Shown here piece after piece: positions 1 through 13,400 of a DNA stretch of 64,000 nt. Both the position numbers and the translations under genes were made by a program. Below the pieces are notes generated by a model. The model made no database searches, was not told where the DNA came from, and saw only the letters and a list, made by a program, of their open reading frames with translations. Numbering within the stretch: the stretch's first letter is position 1; every line of letters starts with the position of its first letter. The DNA is from Azolla caroliniana (taxonomy: Eukaryota; Plantae; Polypodiophyta), in the NCBI GenBank assembly GCA_043228905.1, contig JBHGNT010000058.1:1-64000 (forward strand), in the 5' to 3' direction.

Positions 1-386
1 AGAAGCTCTCTCCATATTATCTCGATTATTTTTCTTTTCCTTCTCAACTCCCTTATCTTAGGGAAGCTATCTCTCAAGTAAACCATAATTTCCATACGGA
101 AGCAATCTCTCAAAATCCAAAATTCCTTGTCAAAGCCATATCACTCAAGAATCATAATCTCTTATTTCCTCTAATCTATTATTCTAATCATCTCCATAAG
201 ATAAAACTTTTGTAATCCCAATCTTGAGATTGATTATAATCTTTCTTTCCATTTATTAATGAAATTTGTGAATCTTTATCATTTTGTATTAATTGTTTAA
301 TATAATCATACGAATCTGATATCTTCTAGTCGAAGGCCCCGGGGTCCTGCCTCAAGTTCGCGTATCCTCGTCGTATTTTCGCGACA
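1..386. mobile_element. Probable terminal part of an LTR (retrotransposon or solo LTR) inserted into the satellite
   Basis: Non-satellite sequence ending ...TATTTTCGCGACA (CA terminus; TGTCGCG on the other strand). Satellite resumes abruptly mid-monomer (ACGCCCGGGTACAAG). The other end lies outside the window, so the TSD cannot be checked. Confidence 0.55.
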
Positions 387-1707
387 ACGCCCGGGTACAA
401 GTAGATATATCCTATATCATGAGTTAATATGGCATTGATAAAAACCCTTGAAATTATTAAATCTTACAAAAAGAGATTGTGTTAGAATAATCGTCAGTTT
501 TTTGTTGATGCTTGCGCAATATATAAATATTATTTATTTCTCATCAATGATAGCAAGATTAAAAAGCACAGAAGATGTGATCCATGATAGTCTAGTTGGT
601 TAGGATACTCAGTCCTCACCTGAGAGACCCGGGTTCAACTCCCGGGAATGGAAACGACAATATCATATATTAAATTTTCGACGCATATCATGTGTTATCT
701 GTTTGATAACTGAATAACTCAAGTCCTAAAGTAGGTATTACAATAATGTACAATTAACAAAACCATCAACTTTATGTTTCAACGATTGATGACGAGCTTT
801 ACTTTGATTTTGTTCTCCTAACATCAATTCCTAAACTTAATTCCATTATTCTATTAATGGTAGAGGTTTGGAAAGAAATTGGACAAAACATTATGTTGTT
901 CGGGACAACAAGAAGAAGGAAATATTATATGGTTATCCCTCAACATTATTACGATAAATTAGTACACCAACAATTATAGTTTAGATAACTTGATACAATT
1001 TCAAACAATACGCATAGATTGCAGAATAACTGTTTGATAACTCAAAAACTCAAGACCTAAAGTAGATGTTATAATAATGTACAATTAATAAAATAATCAA
1101 CATTATGTTTGAAGGATTGATGACGAACATTGCTTTCCTTTTTTTCTCCTAACATCCATTTCTAAACTTAATCCCATTATTGAATTGATAGTAGAGGTTT
1201 CAAATGAAATTTGACAAAATATTATGTTGTTCGGGACAAGAAGAAGCAATATATTTAGTCGTGGTTATTTCTCAACATGGTCATGACAAATTAGTACACC
1301 GACAATTATAGTTTGGATAACTTCATAGAATTTCCAAAAATACGCATAGATTGTAGAATAATGGTGAACTCTCAATCAACATTGCACCATATTTCTTTAA
1401 TTGAACCAAAGCACTAGAATATTACATTAACTAACTCATTTACTAAATGAATTCCATTGTAGTCTAGTTGGTTCAGATCCATTATTTTTACACGAGACTC
1501 CCGGGTACAACAATTGGCATGGGAGAAACTAGATACATCATAGATCTAGAGTTAATATCGCATCAATGGAAACCCTTGAAATTATTAAATCTTATAACCG
1601 AGAGTGTGTTAGAATAATCCTCAGTTTCTCGTTGTTGCTTGCACAATATATAAATATTATTTATTACTAATCAATGATTGCAATATTAAAAACTACACAA
1701 GATGTGA

Positions 1708-1766
1708 TCCATTGTAGTCTAGTTGGTTAGGATACTCGGCTCTCACCCGAGAGACTCGGGTTCAAC
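1708..1766 (+). pseudogene. tRNA-Glu(CTC) copy, 3'-truncated in the T arm
   Basis: TCCATTGTAGTCTAGTTGGTTAGGATACTCGGCTCTCACCCGAGAGACTCGGGTTCAAC, then jumps back into spacer sequence. Confidence 0.8.
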
Positions 1767-4700
1767 CATAGCAATATTATTTATTAGTAATCAATCATAG
1801 CAATATGAAAAAGTACACTAGATATGATCCATTCTAGTCTAGTTGGTTAGGATACTTGGCTCTCACCTTAGAGACCCAGGTTCAAGTCCCAGCAATGGAA
1901 ACGACAATATCATATATTAAATTTCCGATGCATATCATGTGTTAACTATTTGATAACTCAAAAGCTCAAGACCTAAAGTAGGTATCAAACAAAAACTCAA
2001 AACCTAAAGTAGGTGTTACAATAATGTACAGTTAGCAAAATATTCAATATTATGTTTGGAGGATTGATAATGAATTTTACTTTGGTTTTTTTCTCCTAAC
2101 ATCAATTTCTAAACTTAATCCCATTATTCAATTAATACTAGAGGTTTCAAATGAAATTTGACAAAACATTATGTTGTTCGGGACAAGAAGAAGTAGTATA
2201 TTTAGTTGTGGTTATTCCTCAACATTGTTACGACAAATTAGTACACCAAAAATTATAGTTTGGATAATTTGATACAATTTCTAACAATACGCATAGATTG
2301 AAAAATAATAGTCAACTGTCGATGATCATTGCACAATGTTTCTTTCTTTGTAACAAAGGACTAGAATGGTACATTAGCTAATTCATTTACTAAATGAATT
2401 CCATTGTAATCAAGTTGCCTCGCATTCTTTGCATTTTACTTGACACGCTCGGGTACAAGTAGATATATCATATATCATGAGTTAATGTGGCATCGATAAA
2501 AACCCTTGAAAGTATTAAATCTTAAAAATGACAGTGTGTTAGAATAATTGTTAGTTTTTCGTTGATGGTTGCGCAATATATAAATATTATTTATTTCTAA
2601 TCAATGATTGCAATATTAAAAACCACACAAGATGTGATCCATTGTAGTCTACTTGGTTAGATTACTCAGCTCTCATCCGAGAGACCCGGGTTCCACTCCC
2701 GGTAATGGAAAAGACAATATCATATATCAAATTTTGCAACCATATCATGTGTTAATTGTTTGATAACTCAAAAACTCAAGACCTAAAGTAGGTGTTCCAA
2801 TAATGTACAATTAACAAAATAATCAATATTATGCTCGAAGGATTGATGACGAACTTTACTTTGATTTTTTTCTCCTAACATGAATTTCTAAACTTACTCC
2901 CATTATTTGATTAATAGTAAATGTTTCAAATGAAATTGGACAAAACATAATGTTGTTCGAGACAACAAAAAGATGTATAGTTGGTTGTGGTTGTTCGTCA
3001 ACATTGGTACGACAAATTAGTACATCAACAATTATAGTTTGGATAACTCGATACAATTTCAAACAATACGCATAGATTGCAGAATAATGGTCAACTGTCG
3101 ATAAGCATTGCTAAATGAATTCCATTGTAATCAAGTTGCCTCAAATCGTTGATTCTTACTCGAAACACGATAGGAAAAACTAGATACATTATATATCATG
3201 AGTTACTGTGGCATCGATAAAAAGCCGTGAAATTATTAAATCTTAAAAACAACAGTGTGTTACAACAATCCTCAGTTTTTCATTGATGCTTAAGGAATAT
3301 ATAAATATTATTTATTACCAATCAATGATTAGAATATTAAAAAGTGCACAAGATGTGATCCATTGAAGTCTAGTTGGTTAGAATACTTGGCTCTCACCCG
3401 AGATACCCGTGTTCATCTCCTGGCAATAGAAAGGACAATATCATATATAAAATTTTGCGACGCATGTCATGTGTTAACTGTTTGATAACTCAAAAACTCA
3501 AGACGTAAAGTAGTTACAGTAATGTACAATTAATAAAATGAACTCAAAAACTCAAGCTCTAAAGTAGTCGTTACATTAATGTACAATTAACAAAATAATC
3601 AATATTATGTTTGATGGATTGATAATGAACTTTGCTTTGATTTTTTTCTCCTCACATCAATTTCTAAACTTAATACAAATATTCAATTAATAGTAGAGGT
3701 TTCTAATGAACTTTGACAAAACATAATGTGGTTCGGGACAAGGCGAAGCAGTATATTTAGTCGTGGTTATTCCTCAACATTGTTACGACAAATTAGTACA
3801 CCAACATTGTTTCTTGATTTGAAGTAAAAGACTAGAATATTATATTAACCAATTCATTTACTAAAAGACTTCCACTATAGTCTAGTTGGTTAGGATACTC
3901 GGCTTTCACCCCAGAGACCCGTGTTCAACTACCGGCAATGAAAACGAGTATATCATATATTAAATTTCCGGCTCATAGCATGTGTTAACGGTTTGATAAC
4001 TCAAGACCTAAAGTAGGTGTTACAATAATGTAGAATTACGAAAATAATCAATATTATGTTTGAAGGATTGATGACGAACTTTGCTTTGATATTTCTCTCT
4101 TAACATCAATTTCTAAAGTTAATCCCATTATTCAATTAATAGTAGAGGTTTCAAATGAAATTTGACAAAACATTATGTTGTTTAGGACGAAAAGAAGCAA
4201 TATATTCAGTCATGGTTATTTATCAACATGGTTACGACAAATGACAATGTGTTAGAATAATTGTCAGTTTTTCGTTGATGGTTGCCCAATATATAAATAT
4301 TATTTATTTCTAATCAATGATTGCAATATTAAAATGCACACAAGATGTGATCCATTGTAGTCTACTTGGTTAGATTACTCAGCTCTCACCCGAGAGACCC
4401 GGGTTCCACTCCTGGTAATGGAAAACACAATATCATATATCAAATTTTGTAACAATATCATGTGTTAATTGTTTGATAACTCAAAAACTCAAGACCTAAA
4501 GTAGGTGTTCCAATAATGTACAATTAACAAAATAATCAATATTATGTTTGAAGGATTGATGACGAACTTTGCTTTGATTTTTTTCTCCTAACATCAATTT
4601 CTAAACTTAATCCCATTATTCAATTAATAGTATAGGTTTCAAATGAAATTTGACAAAACATTATGTTGTTCGGGACAAGAAGAAGCAGTATATTTAGTCG

Positions 4701-7179
4701 TGGTTATTCCTCAACATTGTTACGATAAATTAGTACACCAAGAATTATAGTTTGGATAACTTGATACAATTTCTAAAAATACACATAGATTGTCGAATAA
4801 TGGTGAATTCTCGATAAGCATTGCACCATGTTTCTTTATTTGAACAAAAGCACTTGAATATTACATTAACTAATTCATTTACTAAATGAATTCCATTGTA
4901 TTCTAGTTGGTTTGGATAATTGTTTTTTACACAAGACTACCGACTACAACAATAAGCATTGGAAAAACTAGATACATCATACATCATGACGTAATGTCGC
5001 GTAGATAAAAACCATTCAAATTATTTTAATCTTAAAAACGAGAGTGTGTTAGAATAATCCTCAGTTTCTCGTTGATGCTTTCGCAATATATCAAGATTAC
5101 TTATTACTAATCTATGATTGCAATATATCTTTACACAAGATAGGATCTATTCTAGTCTAGTTGGTTAGGATACTCTGCTTTCACCCGAGAGACCCGTGTT
5201 CAACTCCCGGCAATGGAAATGACAATATCATATTATAAATTTTTAACGCATACCATGTGTTAACTATTTGATAACACAAAAACTCAAGACCTAAAGGAGT
5301 TGTTACAATAATGTAAAATTAACAAAATAATCAATATTATGTTTGAAGGATTGATGACAAACTTTAGTTTGGTTTTTATAGTTTCGATAACTTGATAGAA
5401 TTTCCAAACATACGCATAGATAGTAGAATAATGTTGAACTCTCGATCAAGATTGCACCATAGTTTTTTATTTGAAGAAAAGCACTAGAATATTACATTAA
5501 CTAATTCATTTACTAAATGAATTCTATTGTAGTCTAGTTGGTTTGGATCCTTGTTTTTCACACGAGACTCTTGGGTACAACAATAGGCATTGGAAAAACT
5601 AGATACGTCATAGATCATGAGGTAATGTCACATCGATAAAAACCCTTGAAACTATTTAATTTTAAAAACGAGTGTGTGTTAGAATAATCCTCAGTTTCTC
5701 GTTGATGGTTGTGCAATAAATAAATATTATTTATTACCAATCAATGATTTATCACTAATCAATAATTGCAATATTAAAAAGTGTACCAGATGTTATCCAT
5801 GGTTGCAATATATAATATTAGTTATTACTAATCTATGATTGCAATATTAAGAAGTACATAAGATAGGATTCATTGTAGTCTAGTTGGTTAGGATACTCGG
5901 CTTTCACTTGAGAGATCCGGGTTGAACTCCTGGCAATGGAAACGAGTATATCATATATTAAATTTTCGACTCATAGCATGTGTTAACGGTTTGAAAACTC
6001 AAAAACTCAAGACCTAAAGTAGATGTTCCAATAATGTACAATTAACAAAATAATCAATATTATGTTTGAAGGATTGATGACGAAGTTTGCTTTCATTTTT
6101 CTCTCCTAACATCAATTTCTAAACTTAATCCCATTATTCAATTAATCATAGAGGTTTCAAATGAAATTTGACAAAACATTATGTTGTTCGGGACAAGAAG
6201 AAGAAATATATTTTGTCGTGGTCATTTCTCAACATGGTTACGACAAATTAGTACACTGACAATTATAGTTTGGATAACTGGATAGAATTTCCAAAAATAC
6301 GCATACATTGTAGAATAATGGTGAACTCTCGATCAACATTGCACCAAATTTCTTTATTTGAAGCAAACCACTAGAATATTATGTTTGAAGTATTGAAAAT
6401 GTACTTTACTTTAATTTTTTTCTCCTAACATTAATTTCTAGACTTAATCCCATTATTCGATTAATGGTATAGGTTTCGAATGAAATTGCACCAAACATTA
6501 TGTTTTTCGGGAAAACAAGAAGCAGTACATCCAGTTGTGGTTATTCCTAAACATTGTTACGATAAATTAGTAAACCAACAAGTATAGTTTTGATAATTTG
6601 ATACAATTTCAAAAAATACTCATAGATTGCAAAATACTGGTCAACTGTCGACAAGCATTGCACCATGTTTCTTTATTTGTAGCAATGCACTAGAATAGTA
6701 CATTAACTAATTCATTTACTCAATGAATTCCATTCTAATCATTTTCACCCGAGATGCGCGGGTACAACCACATGCATAGGAAAAACTAGATACATCATAG
6801 ATCATGAGTTAATTTGGTATCGATAAAAACCCGTGAAATTATTAAATCTTAAAAATGAGAGTGTGTTAGAATAATCTTCTGTTTCTTGTTGATGCTTGCG
6901 CAATATATGAATATTCTTTATTACTAATCAATGATTGCAATATTAAAAAGTGCACAAGATGTGATCCATTATAGTCTAGTTGGTTAGAATGCTTGGCTAT
7001 CACACGAGAGACCCGGGTTCAACTCCTAGGAATAGATTGCACCAACAATTATAGCTTGGATAACTTGATACAATTTCAAACAATACGCATTGATAGCAGA
7101 ATAATGGTCAACTGTAGTAAAGCACTCGAATCTTACATTAACTAATTCATTTACTAAATGAATTCCACTATAGTCTAGT

Positions 7180-7603
7180 TGTCCGGAATAGTACTAAAGC
7201 AGAGATGGAATTAGTGCTAAGAAGAACAGTACTATGAGTACTAAGAGGACGGGACTGCGTAAGATTTCCGAGAGAGAGGAAGTGAGAAGAGGAGAGAGAG
7301 AGATAGGATGATGACAGCAGCTCTTATATTATATGAAAGATAAGTACAAATTGGCTAAGAGGCTTAAGACTGGTGTTGAACCAATTTGGTTCAAAACAAT
7401 GCCTTGTGCCTCCTTTTATAGTGTTTTTAGGAATAATCCTGAAGCTTCTAGAATGTTCCAGAGAGATCTGGAATATACATCAATTTTCTATGATAAAGCA
7501 TAAATAAAAATAGTATCCTACAAATTACAATTCATAGTCTAATGGTAAGAGCTCGACCCATGTAGCATAAGGTCATGGGTTCGAGTCTTGCCATATCATG
7601 ACA
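7180..7603 (-). repeat. 3' LTR of element 1
   Basis: Direct repeat of 14231-14654 with about 11 internal substitutions plus 4 in the terminal 10 nt; preceded on the minus strand by the PPT AAGGGGGAGATAG. Confidence 0.93.
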
Positions 7604-7616
7604 CTATCTCCCCCTT
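7604..7616 (-). other. Polypurine tract of element 1
   Basis: Minus strand AAGGGGGAGATAG directly before the LTR start TGTCATGATATGG. Confidence 0.85.
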
Positions 7617-7619
7617 AAA

Positions 7620-10419
7620 GACGACGAGTGGAACGAGTCGGCGCTAATTGTGGACCGGGTTTGTCCGGATACTTTCGGTGGAAATCGGCAAGAAGATCCT
7701 GTGCATTGGCAACATGTTAGACGGGTTCCCAAGTACGTTCGCTTAGACTATAACCGAACCAATCGACCAAGTAATAAAGTTTGCTGCGAACAAGTTTGGA
7801 ATCGAGGATGGCAGCAACTTCATACTTCGGGCCGGCGTCCAACTCCAGCGGGGGCGGCGGTGGTGTCACACGATCGGGAATGGTGTTTGCTTTATAAGGT
7901 TCAAGAAGAGAACAATGGAAAACCGGATGTATCTGAAGCTACAAAGGGAGATCAAGGCGGAAGGAGACATCATTAATCTTACCCGTAATACGGAAGGGAC
8001 CGAGTCGTCGATAATCCAACTTGTCGCACGGTCGAGTAGTCTTGATGTGACGACGTAAGAGCCATACTCGATCTCCGATGGCAAAAGAGGAGGGAATCCG
8101 ATGACGATCCGCATAAGTCTTTTGTGTGTGTTGAGCATGACGAAGGTGAGTAGAGAGATCCATCTGGATCTTGCGTAGCCTCTCCAAATGATCCTCGGCA
8201 TGAGGGTTGGTAGGTAGCTCCAGAGTGTCGATCACCGACCAGTGAGGATGGAAACCGGTATAAGAGAAAAATGGGGAGACCCGAGTCGAGGAGTGAATAG
8301 CATTATTATACGCAAACTCCGCAAAGTGGAGAATCTCGGCCCAATCGTCCTGTTGATAACTCAGCGTTTGGTTTGTTCGTTCCGCCTGCCCGTCAGTCTG
8401 AGGATGGTAGCCGGAGGAGAGGTTGCAGGAGACCTTGAGCATCTTGAAGAGATGCTACCAAAATTTGGAGACGAATTGCGGGCCTCGGTCACTGATAATA
8501 CTGTCTGAGAGGCCATGATGCCGAAATACCTCACGCATAACAAGAGCGGCGGTTTCCTCGCTAGTGATGGCTTTAGTACACGGCACAAAATGTGCCATCT
8601 TCGTGTATCGATCGACGACGGTTAGGATAGCATCGAACCCCTTCGAAACCGGCAGATCTGTGATAAAATCAAGACAAATAGACTGCCACGGCTTACTTGG
8701 AATCGGTAAGGGTTCCAACAAGCCATATGGATGGTGTCGTGGCATCTTTGCTCGGCAACAAACATCACAGGTACGAACGTAGTCGTCAACAAAACGGCGC
8801 ATGTGGAGCCACCAAAAAGATCGCTGCCCTAGCTCCAACGTCTTAGTACTACCGAAATGTCCCGCGTATGGGTGTCGTGACAATGTTGGACGATTTGAAG
8901 GCAACAGGAGCAATCGGGGACATATACGCACTTTTTAAAGAATAACAAACCATCATGATATTCAAATTGTCAGTAGTCAATACCTGGTTGTTGAGACCGA
9001 GAACAGGATGCCCGAGAAGTATCAATGTGCGCCAGGATGTCTTGAGCAAAACTATCCGTCTTCAAGTTTGCACGTATGTCATCGGTAATCCGTGAATCCA
9101 TCAGGGTGTGAAAAATCCGCGTCGTGTGCAATCATGTTGGTCCCAAGATTACTTGCTTTTGATTATCAAATGTTGCGTCACCAGGACGAGGTGCAAGATA
9201 GTGCATTTGCTTTTCCTGGCTGCTTCCCCGGTCGATATGTGATTTTGAAGTCGAAATGCGTGAGGAATTAATTGCGCCCACCGAGCTTGCCGTCGATTTA
9301 GTACGCGAGCGTTCTGAAAATAAGCAAGATTTTTATGATCGCTAAAGACAATGACCTGATGTGGAGAGCCCTCTAAGAAATGCCGCCATTGTACAAATGA
9401 ATCCACGATGGCTAATAACTCCTTGTCATGTATTTCGTAGTTGATTTCTGCGACATCGAATTTGCGCGAATGGAAAGCCACCGGATGCAACTCTTCCTTA
9501 TCGCCTTATTGAGAAAGGATGCTACCGAGGGCGAAATCTGATGCGTCGGCCTCCATGATGAATGGTTTGCTTGTATCCACATGAGCTAGAATCGGTGCTG
9601 ATGTAAAGGCTTTCTTAAGATGCCGAAAAGCCATATCTGCTTCTATGGACCAAAGAAATGCTTGGCCCTTCTTCGTAAGTTGTGTGAGAGGTAAAATAAT
9701 CTTCGAGTAATCCTGTATAAACTTACGGTAGAAGTTAGCAAAACCTAGAAAACATTGTACATCTCGTACCGACTGTGGAATTTGCCACTCTAGTACAGTT
9801 TGGATTTGAGCTGGATCCATGGTGATGCCCTTTGAGGAGATGACGTAGCCTAGAAATTCCACTTGCTTGCAGTCAAAGCTACATTTTTCTAGCTTGGAAT
9901 AAAGACCATTCTCACGGAGTAGCTTTAGTACTAATAGTACATGAGAATCGTGCTCTTCCTGGGTCTTCGAATAAATCAATAGATCATCCAGATAAATGAT
10001 CAAACAGATATCCAAGAGGTCTCTGAATATATCATTTGCCATGTGACTGTGGGTGCATTGGTTAGGCCAAACGGCATAACAGTATACTCGAAATGCCCAT
10101 ACCGCGTGCGAAGGGAGGTCTTCCACTCATCTCCCGGTCGGATTTGCACGAGGTTATACGCTCCTCATAGGTCAATTTTAGTAAAAAACTTGGCACCATT
10201 AACTCGCTCTAAAAGACTTGATATAAGAGGAAGTGCATAGCTATTCCGGATGGTGACTTTATTCAATCTGCGGTAATCAACGACAAGACGAAGTGAGCCA
10301 TCTTTCTTCTTGACAAAGAAGATGGGTGCACCGGCCGGAGATTTCGAATGGCGGATGAACCCGCTTGCCAAGTTCTCCTCTATGTAGGCTCGAAGGACTT
10401 CTAACTCGGTGGGTGACAA
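7620..10419 (-). pseudogene. pol remnant: RT, RNase H, integrase, chromodomain (fragmented)
   Basis: ORF fragments: [27 protein letters not shown] and YLDD (RT); EADASDFALG and [12 protein letters not shown] (RNase H); HHCC region, SDRGPQF, HPQTDGQAERTNQ and RLGPF (integrase). Hand translation of ~7657-7830 gives YEVAAILDSKLVRSKLYYLVDWFGYSLSERTWEPV* (chromodomain with an internal stop). Confidence 0.92.
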
Positions 10420-13400
10420 GTTGTAAATTGGTCCCCATGGTGGCTCGGTTCCTGGTTGTAAATCGATGGGACAGTCATAGGGACGGTGATGAGGAAGGGT
10501 ACCGGCTTTTACCTTGTCAAATACATCGGCATAAGGATGATATTTTGCCGGAAGTTGTACAGAGGAGTCCTTCTTGGGGTGAAATGGTCAAAACTTGGTG
10601 AGTTGATTCTTGGGGTGGTCGATATCAGACTTCTCTTGTTCTCCAATCTATGGTTGGATTATGTAATTCAAACCAAGGTAATCCTAGGACAATGGGATGC
10701 TCTGGACTACTAATTATATTAAATGATATTACACACACAAAACTACTTAGGACAACCTGAATGGGTTCTGATTCTTCTACAATATTCCCGGAAGCAATGG
10801 GACGACCATCAATGACTACTACAGATGCGGGACAAGGAAGTTTTCTTAACGATATCTGAGAAGCTATAAAGACATAATCGATTTGCACGTCGTCGTTGCT
10901 TTTCTTCTTCCGATAACGGGCCGCGTCGATGCATGGTATCGATCTCCATCGGTGTCGAAGTATTTGCTTGAGGTATGTCTCGTACAAACGGTCTAGCCGC
11001 GACTGTGGCATAAGTGGGCTCCGGCCTAGCGCGTGGTATCTGTAATTGACGTTCCGAACGCCGTTCGAAAAGGCGGTTGTCACATCGGACCACTCGACTG
11101 ATTGCCTCTGTAATAGACTTTGGTTCTTCGGGGAAGGTTAGAAGTAGATCTTTGACATCATTTCGCAGACCATAGCGAAACTGCTCCATTAGTGCTTGAT
11201 CATCCCAGGGTATGTCGGAAGCGAGTAGGCGGAAATCCGCCGCGTAGGCCGAGGCTGGACGATCGCCTTGATGCAATCGCCGGATCTTGTTGATCGTCGT
11301 CCTGATGTTGTCGGTGTCTCCAAAGCAGGCTTTGAACTCACTAATAAAATCTTCAAAGTTATTAAGCAAGGGCACCATTAACTCGCTCTAAAAGACTTGA
11401 TATAAGAGGAAGTGCATAGCTATTCCGGATGGTGACTTTATTCAATCTGCGGTAATCAACGACAAGACGAAGTGAGCCATCTTTCTTCTTGACAAAGAAG
11501 ATGGGTGCACCGGCCGGAGATTTCGAATGGCGGATGAACCCGCTTGCCAAGTTCTCCTCTATGTAGGCTCGAAGGACTTCTAACTCGGTGGGTGACAAGT
11601 TGTAAATTGGTCCCCATGGTGGCTCGGTTCCTGGTTGTAAATCGATGGGACAGTCATAGGGACGGTGATGAGGAAGGGTACCGGCTTTTACCTTGTCAAA
11701 TACATCGGCATAAGGATGATATTTTGCCGGAAGTTGTACAGAGGAGTCCTTCTTGGGGTGAAATGGTCAAAACTTGGTGAGTTGATTCTTGGGGTGGTCG
11801 ATATCAGACTTCTCTTGTTCTCCAATCTATGGTTGGATTATGTAATTCAAACCAAGGTAATCCTAGGACAATGGGATGCTCTGGACTACTAATTATATTA
11901 AATGATATTACACACACAAAACTACTTAGGACAACCTGAATGGGTTCTGATTCTTCTACAATATTCCCGGAAGCAATGGGACGACCATCAATGACTACTA
12001 CAGATGCGGGACAAGGAAGTTTTCTTAACGATATCTGAGAAGCTATAAAGACATAATCGATTTGCACGTCGTCGTTGCTTTTCTTCTTCCGATAACGGGC
12101 CGCGTCGATGCATGGTATCGATCTCCATCGGTGTCGAAGTATTTGCTTGAGGTATGTCTCGTACAAACGGTCTAGCCGCGACTGTGGCATAAGTGGGCTC
12201 CGGCCTAGCGCGTGGTATCTGTAATTGACGTTCCGAACGCCGTTCGAAAAGGCGGTTGTCACATCGGACCACTCGACTGATTGCCTCTGTAATAGACTTT
12301 GGTTCTTCGGGGAAGGTTAGAAGTAGATCTTTGACATCATTTCGCAGACCATAGCGAAACTGCTCCATTAGTGCTTGATCATCCCAGGGTATGTCGGAAG
12401 CGAGTAGGCGGAAATCCGCCGCGTAGGCCGAGGCTGGACGATCGCCTTGATGCAATCGCCGGATCTTGTTGATCGTCGTCCTGATGTTGTCGGTGTCTCC
12501 AAAGCAGGCTTTGAACTCACTAATAAAATCTTCAAAGTTATTAAGCAAGGGCACCATTAACTCGCTCTAAAAGACTTGATATAAGAGGAAGTGCATAGCT
12601 ATTCCGGATGGTGACTTTATTCAATCTGCGGTAATCAACGACAAGACGAAGTGAGCCATCTTTCTTCTTGACAAAGAAGATGGGTGCACCGGCCGGAGAT
12701 TTCGAATGGCGGATGAACCCGCTTGCCAAGTTCTCCTCTATGTAGGCTCGAAGGACTTCTAACTCGGTGGGTGACAAGTTGTAAATTGGTCCCCATGGTG
12801 GCTCGGTTCCTGGTTGTAAATCGATGGGACAGTCATAGGGACGGTGATGAGGAAGGGTACCGGCTTTTACCTTGTCAAATACATCGGCATAAGGATGATA
12901 TTTTGCCGGAAGTTGTACAGAGGAGTCCTTCTTGGGGTGAAATGGTCAAAACTTGGTGAGTTGATTCTTGGGGTGGTCGATATCAGACTTCTCTTGTTCT
13001 CCAATCTATGGTTGGATTATGTAATTCAAACCAAGGTAATCCTAGGACAATGGGATGCTCTAGACTACTAATTATATTAAATGATATTACACACACAAAA
13101 CTACCTAGGACAACCTGAATGGGTTCTGATTCTTCTACAATATTCCCGGAAGCAATGGGACGACCATCAATGACTACTACAGATGCGGGACAAGGAAGTT
13201 TTCTTAACGATATCTGAGAAGCTATAAAGACATAATCGATTTGCACGTCGTCGTTGCTTTTCTTCTTCCGATAACGGGCCGCGTCGATGCATGGTATCGA
13301 TCTCCATCGGTGTCGAAGTATTTGCTTGAGGTATGTCTCGTGCAAACGGTCTAGCCGCGACTGTGGCATAAGTGGGCTCCGGCCTAGCGCGTGGTATCTG

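Noticed and set aside
387-7174. Array as 5S rDNA or as dispersed SINE copies
   Set aside because: The conserved core is a tRNA-Glu cloverleaf, not 5S; units are head-to-tail with shared upstream flanks and lack individual poly(A) tails or TSDs.
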